From: Candidatus Zixiibacteriota bacterium
GTDB lineage: Bacteria > Zixibacteria > MSB-5A5 > GN15 > JAAZOE01
Reading direction: 5' to 3'
DNA: 11,348 nt
Assembly: GCA_043819555.1 (NCBI GenBank)
Contig: JBDREQ010000056.1
Coordinates: 1 to 11,348, forward strand
Shown: positions 1-7,092 of the stretch, piece after piece
Layout: each line of letters begins with the position of its first letter
Numbering within the stretch: the stretch's first letter is position 1
Notes under the pieces: model-generated
What the model saw: the letters and a program-made list of their open reading frames with translations, nothing else
Told to the model about the DNA's origin: nothing
Databases searched by the model: none
Position numbers and translations under genes: made by a program

Positions 1-2
1 AT

Positions 3-3000
3 GGTCCTTGGGATGTTAATGCAGAAGGCTGGACCTATGAACAGAATTTCTGGAGCAATCCGAAACATCAGATGATTGAGGTTGACGTGTGCTGTGAGCC
101 TCCTCCGGAAGCTACTTGTAGCGAAACCGGTGATGACTGGCCGGCCGCGTCGCACGACTTCCGTCGTACCGCGCGTTCGTTCACATCGACCGGCGATGCT
201 CGCTGTCTCCAGGATTTGGAATGGTCTTACAAAGACGCATTGAGTTTAAGCTACGGCCGCGGCCTTATTGCCGATGGCATTCTGGTCGTTCCGTTTGCTG
301 CGTCTGTCAGAGCCTGGGATCTTAGCGCCGGCACTAACGTGCCGATATGGACTACTACAGGCCTGCCGAATATGGGTACTGCCAACGATGGTTCTGTCGC
401 ACAAGCCGATGGATTAGTCGTATTCCCGAATGGTAATGGTAAAGGGATGACTTGTGTCGATCTCTATACCGGAGAAGTTAAATGGGTGCGCGGTTTGTTC
501 CCGGCTGGATTTACCACCGGATACAGCGTTGCCTGGATGCAGCCCGTAATTCTTGGCGACGTTGTATATGCCAGCTCACAGGCTGATGCCACGACTGGTA
601 TCTCTGAACTTCGTGCCTGGAATATGTTAGACGGCACTGATTTCACCGGATGGAGTGTTCAACCGGTCCTTCTGGATGGTAACACATATACTTCGTTAAG
701 TTCCAATGGCGCCGATGTTCTTTATGTTGGTACCGATGGTGCTGGTAATGAAGGTGACCTCGAAAATATTGGTTCTTTCTACGCTATCGATGCCGCCAAT
801 GGTGATATTATCTTCCAGATGCAGGGCGACGATTGGGGCACCTACCGTTATGATATCGACGGCGATGACGACCAAACAACCACAACTGAGCAATGGCACA
901 AAGGTTCGGCTGTTGTTGATATTAATGGTGATATCTATGTTCAATCCGCCTTCAATTTAGAAATAGCAGGCGCCCCCGCGGCGGCTCTGTATAAATTGAA
1001 TTCGGCCGGATCCATTCAATGGGGCGCTGCATCCTCATGGCCATTTGCTGGAGCTCTTATGCTGGATGTGAACCTGGTTTATGCAGGACCAAATGGCGCC
1101 TGGACAAACTCGGCTTTTGGTGTCAGGGCTCATAATAAGATCAGCGGAAATCTGATATGGGAGGCCTCTGCCGTCAACGGAAATGATGCCGGTATTCTTA
1201 ATATCGGTTATGCTTTCTGGCGTTCACGTACCGGGTGGGGCGCGATTGATTGTCAAGTGCTTGCTCCCGACCTTGTATATATGCCGAACAGATGGCCCGG
1301 CTTTGGCGTCTATGACGGTGACGATGGTACTTTGGAATTTGAATACTTGCTCGGCGGAACTTCAAATAATTCAACTGCCGTTCTGATTGATGATGGTCAT
1401 GTCGTCCTTCAGACTCGTGCCGGTGAAGTTTTTGTTATGGCGAATGGTACTGAAGAGTTGGCTCGTTTACGCATCTTAAAGAACGAAGAATTCCAACCTG
1501 TTCCGTTCCTTGTCGGCCAGGATTATCCTGTGGATTTTGAAGATATCTTCATCAATAATGGTTGTGCCAATTTAACCGGTACACTTTCTCCCGATGAAGA
1601 TGCTCCGGCGGCATTGATCACAGCGGTCAATCCGTCCCGTATAAATCGCATGGGCAATCTTGCCAATGATATAACTGGCAATGACTATTCGGCAATGATG
1701 AAAGGCGTCGTCAATATCAAAGATGAAAATGACGATGATTTTGACGTATCCGCATATGCCAAGGATAGTTATAGCAATAGCGCCGCTTATGCTCAACCGG
1801 CCTGGTTAACCACTTGGACCGAGACATTTGATCTTGCCGAGGGTGAAACCTTCGACATGCACATTACTGTCGACGGTGACCTGGTTACTCGTGGAGCACA
1901 TAACTGTTACTTTACGATCAATTCCAACGCTCAATACCTGTTGAATGATCCGGAATTTATGCCGGCCGTTAACCTTGGTGTTGTCGGCGGATGTGCTGCT
2001 TCTTTCGATACCATCTATTGGGGTACTGAGATTCAGCATTTTTCGATTATTTACAACAATGGTATGATCGCTGGTGATGCTCGTGAAACTGGTATTCAGT
2101 TCTGGGTCGGTGGCAGTGAGGCTTACTGGTGTTACTTCCTCGGCTTTTTGATGTTCGGTCAGGACGCCCAGAGATTCGCGGTAACCAACGAAGCATGGGC
2201 TGCCAACGATTACGAAACTCTCCTGGGTGATCCAAACTGTGCCGGTCTGTGCATCAGTTATGTTCAGCGCGATATTGTTCTTGGCTCATACAGCACGGAC
2301 GGCGGTCAAAACTATGATGACATTCATGGTGAAGCCGTTACATATAGCTATATTGACTCTGTCATTGATTATGCATGTAATGGTGACTGGGATTGGACTG
2401 ATCAAACTTGTGATTATAGCAATGATCTGACCATGGGCATGAGCTTCAAATGCACCGAGTACGGCGCGTATGGAGTTCCGGAGCTCAACAACTTCCTTAT
2501 TACCAGGCTCGAAATATCCAATCGTAATGCCACTCCGATTGTTGATCCGGTTTATTGGGCTCAACATGTTGACCATGATTTGGGCTGGGATTACACTGAT
2601 GCGGCCGGATATGATTGGGAGCGGTACTACTTCCTTGCCGATTATGATGTTGCCTGGGGTGGTGCTTGTGGTACTTATGATCTTGAACACAACACCAACG
2701 TCTTCGGTTCCGGAACCATTGGTATTCCAATGAAGGGCGTCGTTACTACTTCTACATCTGTTGTACAGGTTTTTGATGATACTTACTCAAGTCTGTATGA
2801 TTCAGTCATTTATTGGTGTGCTAATGTCAGTGGTACGCATTATGTCCCGGAAACTCTCAATCCTGATCCTGATGGCGATGGTGTTTTGGATTGTACTGCT
2901 GATGCTGATGGTGATGTGCAGGCCACCTATCTGTACGACGGCTTTACCCTCGCTGGCGCCGGTAGCCCTGGCGATATGGTTGATATCGGATTCTATCGCT

Positions 3001-3332
3001 TTGGTTATAGCAGAGATTATACTGCGGAAACCGGATATTACACTCACGATACCGCATTAGTCAGAAATACCGCAATTGCGGCTCAGCAATTTGCAGGTTT
3101 CAACCGTGGCGATATGAATGGCGATGGCGTCATTAATCTCGCTGATGTTGTCCACATGTATAACTACATGAATGGCACTGCCGATGGCCCGAAATTCCGC
3201 CATCTGGCTGATGTCGACGCTTCTGGCGAAGTTGATCTTGGTGACGTTCGTTACCTGGCCGACTTCTGCTTCTGCGTTGGAAACGCTCCGGTCGGCGAAT
3301 GGGTTTTACCCGATATTTGCCCGGAACCGTAA
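3..3332 (+). CDS. Large exported PQQ/BamB-like beta-propeller protein with Ig-like domain and C-terminal dockerin type I domain (5' end outside window)
   Basis: The frame is open from base 3 (GPWDVNAEGWTYEQNFWSNPKHQ-MIEV...), so ATG 72 is probably internal and the protein is at least 1109 aa. Propeller entry motif DWPAASHDFRRTA at ~135 and blade motifs (VRAWDLSAGTNVPIW, CVDLYTGEVKW, FYAIDAANGDIIF, AHNKISGNLIW) run to ~1445. An Ig-like segment follows (FINNGCANLTGTL...WL...FTINSN). The duplicated Ca-binding dockerin is GDMNGDGVINLAD / ADVDASGEVDLGD at 3108-3290. Confidence 0.85.
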   Translation, partial: GPWDVNAEGWTYEQNFWSNPKHQMIEVDVCCEPPPEATCSETGDDWPAASHDFRRTARSFTSTGDARCLQDLEWSYKDALSLSYGRGLIADGILVVPFAASVRAWDLSAGTNVPIWTTTGLPNMGTANDGSVAQADGLVVFPNGNGKGMTCVDLYTGEVKWVRGLFPAGFTTGYSVAWMQPVILGDVVYASSQADATTGISELRAWNMLDGTDFTGWSVQPVLLDGNTYTSLSSNGADVLYVGTDGAGNEGDLENIGSFYAIDAANGDIIFQMQGDDWGTYRYDIDGDDDQTTTTEQWHKGSAVVDINGDIYVQSAFNLEIAGAPAAALYKLNSAGSIQWGAASSWPFAGALMLDVNLVYAGPNGAWTNSAFGVRAHNKISGNLIWEASAVNGNDAGILNIGYAFWRSRTGWGAIDCQVLAPDLVYMPNRWPGFGVYDGDDGTLEFEYLLGGTSNNSTAVLIDDGHVVLQTRAGEVFVMANGTEELARLRILKNEEFQPVPFLVGQDYPVDFEDIFINNGCANLTGTLSPDEDAPAALITAVNPSRINRMGNLANDITGNDYSAMMKGVVNIKDENDDDFDVSAYAKDSYSNSAAYAQPAWLTTWTETFDLAEGETFDMHITVDGDLVTRGAHNCYFTINSNAQYLLNDPEFMPAVNLGVVGGCAASFDTIYWGTEIQHFSIIYNNGMIAGDARETGIQFWVGGSEAYWCYFLGFLMFGQDAQRFAVTNEAWAANDYETLLGDPNCAGLCISYVQRDIVLGSYSTDGGQNYDDIHGEAVTYSYIDSVIDYACNGDWDWTDQTCDYSNDLTMGMSFKCTEYGAYGVPELNNFLITRLEISNRNATPIVDPVYWAQHVDHDLGWDYTDAAGYDWERYYFLADYDVAWGGACGTYDLEHNTNVFGSGTIGIPMKGVVTTSTSVVQVFDDTYSSLYDSVIYWCANVSGTHYVPETLNPDPDGDGVLDCTADADGDVQATYLYDGFTLAGAGSPGDMVDIGFYRFGYSRDYTAETGYYTHDTALVRNTAIAAQQFAGFNRGDMNGDGVINLADVVHMYNYMNGTADGPKFRHLADVDASGEVDLGDVRYLADFCFCVGNAPVGEWVLPDICPEP

Positions 3333-3354
3333 ATTAGCTGATATATATTTCCTT

Positions 3355-3389
3355 AGGAAGCAAGGTTTTTCCTTGCTTCCTTTTTTTTT
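3355..3389 (+). terminator. Rho-independent terminator
   Basis: Perfect 11-bp stem AGGAAGCAAGG (3355-3365) / CCTTGCTTCCT (3371-3381), TTTTT loop, then a T run to 3389. It starts 22 nt after the stop codon at 3332. Confidence 0.92.
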
Positions 3390-3400
3390 GCCCGTATCAT
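3373..3400 (+). promoter_or_regulatory. Possible sigma70-type promoter for the site-2 protease gene, overlapping the terminator
   Basis: TTGCTT (3373-3378), 16 nt spacer, TATCAT (3395-3400), about 30 nt before ATG 3432. The upstream terminator implies this gene needs its own promoter, but the motif match alone is weak. Confidence 0.3.
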
Positions 3401-3431
3401 TATAAAAAATGAAAAGAAAAAATGACGAGCT

Positions 3432-4505
3432 ATGTCCGCTGAAAATGATATAGATTTATTCGCGCTTTCCGTGTTCAAAATCATCAGAGATTATTTTGAT
3501 ATAATTCTCTATCGCACCGATGGCGGCCGCGTAATATTTCGAGCTAACCCTGTCCTGAGGAATAAAGAATGGAGGCGGGAATTAAACAAACGCCTCAGAT
3601 TAATCAATGCTCGCATAAAAATTATTCGGGATAATGATGCCTATAATATCACTGTTTATTCAACTCCTTTCAAAATTGGCAATCCTCCACTGGTCAATGT
3701 GCTTCTTTTTATTCTGACTTTGCTCACTGTCCTGATAATTTCCGCTTATCGCGAAGTCGGCCCCGAGGTTTTCTCCAATCCGGAATTATTGCTTGTCGGA
3801 CTGCCCTTTACGATTACCCTGATGATCATCCTGCTTGTTCACGAAATGGGTCACTTTTGGGCCGGATATCGCAGGGGCGTTCTGATGAGTTATCCTTTTT
3901 TTATCCCGGCTCCAACATTCATTGGAACTTTCGGAGCCATTATCAAAGGGCGTTCTCCGATTAGGACTAAAAGTGATCTGATATTCATCGGGGCCGCCGG
4001 ACCTTTGGCGGGAGCAATCCCGTCGATTATTGCCGTTATCTGGGGCCAAATGAGTTCCCAGGCTGTGCCCTTGCCCTCTGACGATCTTGCATATTTATCA
4101 TTTGGCAACTCCATTTTTACTTATTTAATCAGTCAATTATTCTATGGCGATCTTTCACCTAATATGGGCGTTTTTCTGTCACCCATTGCCCTCGCCGGGC
4201 AAGTCGGACTATTGATTACAATGATCAACCTCCTTCCTCTCGGACAGCTTGACGGCGGGCATATATTCTATGGAATATTTGGGAAAAAACAGAGGACCAT
4301 TGCAGTGGTCTTTATGGCGTTTCTTCTCGTTATTGGATACTGGTGGAATGGCTGGTGGTTATGGCTGCTTTTGGCCTTTATAATGAGACCTTTTCATCCG
4401 CCGGTCATCGAGGATGCTCTCCCCCCCGATAGAAAACACAAAATTATAGCATGGCTTGCGATTATTTTGTTTATATTGACTTTTGTTCCACGCCCGATTT
4501 ATTAG
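3432..4505 (+). CDS. Site-2 protease (peptidase M50 family) intramembrane zinc metalloprotease
   Basis: HEMGH (3840-3854) in a hydrophobic segment; PFFIPAPTFIGTFGAII membrane re-entrant loop; AAGPLAG; NLLPLGQLDGGH (4227-4262) supplying the third zinc ligand; multiple transmembrane segments; no PDZ or CBS domain visible. Confidence 0.95.
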   Translation: MSAENDIDLFALSVFKIIRDYFDIILYRTDGGRVIFRANPVLRNKEWRRELNKRLRLINARIKIIRDNDAYNITVYSTPFKIGNPPLVNVLLFILTLLTVLIISAYREVGPEVFSNPELLLVGLPFTITLMIILLVHEMGHFWAGYRRGVLMSYPFFIPAPTFIGTFGAIIKGRSPIRTKSDLIFIGAAGPLAGAIPSIIAVIWGQMSSQAVPLPSDDLAYLSFGNSIFTYLISQLFYGDLSPNMGVFLSPIALAGQVGLLITMINLLPLGQLDGGHIFYGIFGKKQRTIAVVFMAFLLVIGYWWNGWWLWLLLAFIMRPFHPPVIEDALPPDRKHKIIAWLAIILFILTFVPRPIY

Positions 4506-5998
4506 GCGGTTTGTGGTTGAACATTCGATTTGGCTGGATAAATACCAAGCTGCTCGATTAGCCCTTCATTCCAGGCGCAGACAAGAACATCGACAATGGT
4601 TGGATCGAATTGTTTGCCCTTGAATTTTTCAAGCTCATCGATAGCTTTTTCCGGATCCGCGCCTTGACGATATGGACGTTGAGACACAATCGCGTCATAA
4701 GTATCGACCACCGCCAGCAGGCGGCCTTCGATGGGGATTTCCTTGCCCGCAAGTCCCAGAGGATATCCCGAACCATCATATTGCTCATGATGATATAAGA
4801 TGTACGGAATGGCTGGTTCGAGATAATCAATCCCTTCAATCATTTTTGCTCCCAGTTCAGGGTGCATTTGAATTTTCGATCGCTCATCGGCAGTCAATCG
4901 ACCGGGCTTGTTTAAGATAGCATCGGGAATTCCGATCTTTCCGATATCATGAAGTGTACATCCCATTTTGATTTCAGCTCGCTTTTTAATCGACCAATTC
5001 AGTCTTGAAGCGATTAAATCAGCCAGAACCATGACTCGATCAGTATGTCCCCGGGTATATGGATCGCGGGCTTCAATAGCATTGGCCAAAGCCTTGATGG
5101 CTTTCAGATACGATGATTGAAGATATTCATATAAACGATTATTCTCAATTGCTGAAGCGACTTTGGCCGCAATAATTGACAATAGATGTAATTGTCCCGG
5201 TTTAAGCGGCATGAATTTTTCTTCATGAGCAACATTTAATAATCCAATAGCCTTGCCCCGCGACATCAGCGGATACGCCGCCAGAGTTCGAATAGATTTT
5301 TCCTTTCTTATGATTTCCTCACGACTCGATTGAACATCATTTTGATTTAGTGCGGCCGCACATAGTTTATGATTTCCATTTAAAAAAGCATCCATCTGTT
5401 CATCAATCGAAGTTCCTCTTATAATATAAGGGACGGGAACTTGTTCCTCACTATCGCGAACCAGGACTGAGACAGCGCCAATACCGATTACGATTTTGGC
5501 GGTATCGGCCGCCATATCCAGTATTGCTTGAAGATTGGTCGATGATCCAATTGCCTCGGATAATTTATGCAATGCCAATTGCTCTTTTAGGAGAACGTTC
5601 TCACGGGCAAGAGCCTGATGCTTCAACCCTCGCTCGACAGTACTTTTGAGGGTTTCCAGCTTAAACGGTTTGACCAGATAATCGTAAGCGCCTTTTTTGA
5701 GAACTGAAATAGCGTTATTGACAGTTGGATGAGCCGTCATGAGAATCACAATACAATCGGGATGTTCTCGAAACGCCGTCTCCAGAATATCCACGCCGGA
5801 AAATTCACCCATAACCAAATCAGTCAGTACCAGATCAACATGATTATTCTTAAGGCACGTTATCGCCTTTCCGGGATTAGAAAATGATTCTACATGATAT
5901 GCTTCGTTGGATGATAAGGCTTCCTTGACAATATTGCAGATGTAAGTTTCATCATCTACAACAATTATACTGTATTTTTCATCACGGTTAGTCATCAT
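4502..5998 (-). CDS. Response regulator with REC, GAF and HD-GYP cyclic-dinucleotide phosphodiesterase domains
   Basis: REC: IIVVDDE, LVLTDLVM, MTAH, KPF. GAF: YPLMSRGKAIGLLNV...AIENNRLY. HD-GYP: EARDPYTRGHTDRV, LHDIGKIGIPDAILNKPG, HPELG, HHEQYDGSGYP, DTYDA, RPYR. Start moved from TTG 6031 to ATG 5998 (or 5995) because GGAAGG lies just upstream. Confidence 0.95.
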   Translation of the reverse strand: MMTNRDEKYSIIVVDDETYICNIVKEALSSNEAYHVESFSNPGKAITCLKNNHVDLVLTDLVMGEFSGVDILETAFREHPDCIVILMTAHPTVNNAISVLKKGAYDYLVKPFKLETLKSTVERGLKHQALARENVLLKEQLALHKLSEAIGSSTNLQAILDMAADTAKIVIGIGAVSVLVRDSEEQVPVPYIIRGTSIDEQMDAFLNGNHKLCAAALNQNDVQSSREEIIRKEKSIRTLAAYPLMSRGKAIGLLNVAHEEKFMPLKPGQLHLLSIIAAKVASAIENNRLYEYLQSSYLKAIKALANAIEARDPYTRGHTDRVMVLADLIASRLNWSIKKRAEIKMGCTLHDIGKIGIPDAILNKPGRLTADERSKIQMHPELGAKMIEGIDYLEPAIPYILYHHEQYDGSGYPLGLAGKEIPIEGRLLAVVDTYDAIVSQRPYRQGADPEKAIDELEKFKGKQFDPTIVDVLVCAWNEGLIEQLGIYPAKSNVQPQTA

Positions 5999-6090
5999 AG
6001 TTGCCTTCCAATCAAAAAATCGGAAAGTCAAAAGATTAATTAATGCTTTCTGAAAGAAATGATGAAATTAGGTACAAAACCGGGAATTAT

Positions 6091-6948
6091 CTATCTTAGA
6101 ACCTCATGGGCACGATAGGAAGATCTAACCAGTGGGCCGGAGACCACTTTTTTAATTCCTGAATTTTCAGCATTAAACGCTAATTGCGAGAATTCATCAG
6201 GTGTATAATATTTGCATACGGGGGCATGCTGTTTTGATGGAGAAAGGTATTGGCCAATGGTCAGGACTTTGATTTTGATAGCGGCCAAGTCGGCGAAAAG
6301 TTCTTTGAGTTCAGAAACTGTTTCTCCAAGTCCTACCATAATGCCGGATTTTACCAATATGCCCGGATAATTATTTACTACATATTCCAATACCCTTAAT
6401 GACCTTTTATAGTCAGATTGCGGCCTAACTTCAGGGTAGAGCCGAGGAATGGTTTCTACATTATGATTAAAAACCGTCGGCCGTTTGCTTAATGCCAGGT
6501 CAATCAATTCGGGACGGGCGTCAAAATCAGGCGTCAAAATTTCCGTTGTTGCCGAGGGTAATCTTTTTTTTATCTCGGCAACTGTTCGGGCGAATTGCCC
6601 TGAACCCTGGTCGGGCAAATCATCCCGGTTAACCGAAGTTAAGACAACGTGAGATAGACCCAAATATTCAGCCATTTCAGCAATCTTGCCGGGTTCGTTT
6701 GAATCAATAGGGTTGGGCTTGCCACTGGCAATATCACAGAATCGACAATTGCGGGTACATTTTGGCCCCATAAGAAGAAACGTCGCCGTACCGGCATTGA
6801 AACATTCACCCCGATTAGGACAATTTGCTTCTTCACAAACGGTATGCAGAGTCATACCCCTCAATCGTTTTCTGACTGCATGATACTTATCTCCGCCAAA
6901 AGCGGTTACTTTGAGCCACGGTGGACGTCTTAAATTATTCTCTGCCAT
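6091..6948 (-). CDS. lipA: Lipoyl synthase (radical SAM)
   Basis: LipA-specific CX4CX5C (CEEANCPNRGEC), radical SAM CX3CX2C (CTRNCRFC), HVVLTSVNRDDLPD, FNHNVET, KSGIMVGLGE, TIGQYL and C-terminal SGPLVRSSY. Confidence 0.98.
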   Translation of the reverse strand: MAENNLRRPPWLKVTAFGGDKYHAVRKRLRGMTLHTVCEEANCPNRGECFNAGTATFLLMGPKCTRNCRFCDIASGKPNPIDSNEPGKIAEMAEYLGLSHVVLTSVNRDDLPDQGSGQFARTVAEIKKRLPSATTEILTPDFDARPELIDLALSKRPTVFNHNVETIPRLYPEVRPQSDYKRSLRVLEYVVNNYPGILVKSGIMVGLGETVSELKELFADLAAIKIKVLTIGQYLSPSKQHAPVCKYYTPDEFSQLAFNAENSGIKKVVSGPLVRSSYRAHEVLR

Positions 6949-7024
6949 GTTAGCCTAATCTTTAAATTTCCCAATACTAATATACGCATCTAATTCTGAA
7001 TTTAAACCAATTACTTTCATAAAG

Positions 7025-7053
7025 TTATGCGCTTTATTTTCGATATTTATAAT
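7025..7053 (+). promoter_or_regulatory. Candidate promoter in the divergent lipA / dockerin-protein intergenic region
   Basis: Perfect TATAAT at 7048-7053, 39 nt before ATG 7093. The hexamer 17 nt upstream (TTATGC, 7025-7030) is a poor -35 and overlaps a short palindrome CATAA-AG-TTATG (7018-7029). Confidence 0.4.
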
Positions 7054-7092
7054 AACAACCAGCATAGCAATCTGTTGATTTCTGGAGATATT

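Noticed and set aside
72..74. ATG 72 as the start of the first gene
   Set aside because: The frame is open to the window edge and no signal peptide follows this ATG, although the protein is clearly of exported type.
135..1445. PQQ-dependent dehydrogenase or BamB orthologue
   Set aside because: Only generic propeller blade motifs are present. I saw no recognisable quinoprotein active-site signature, and the size and domain context do not fit BamB.
464..3060. Many short antisense and alternate-frame ORFs inside the first CDS (e.g. 2286..2690 -, 2761..3060 +)
   Set aside because: These are shadows of the main gene's biased codon usage, with Ile/Thr- or Met/Leu-rich composition, no motifs and full overlap with a well-supported gene.
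3172..3405. 77-aa ORF spanning the end of the first gene
   Set aside because: It overlaps the dockerin coding region out of frame and runs through the terminator.
6035..6056. Palindromes ATTAATTAAT and CTTTC-T-GAAAG between lipA and the HD-GYP gene; possible riboswitch or operator
   Set aside because: They are short and AT-rich, as expected by chance, and no c-di-GMP riboswitch consensus is recognisable.
3786..6883. Short ORFs overlapping the M50, HD-GYP and lipA genes
   Set aside because: All lie within strongly conserved genes and have no independent features.
7027..7092. Longer N-terminus of the 747-aa ORF
   Set aside because: ATG 7093 has an RBS and begins the signal peptide, and the extension contains the likely -10 box.
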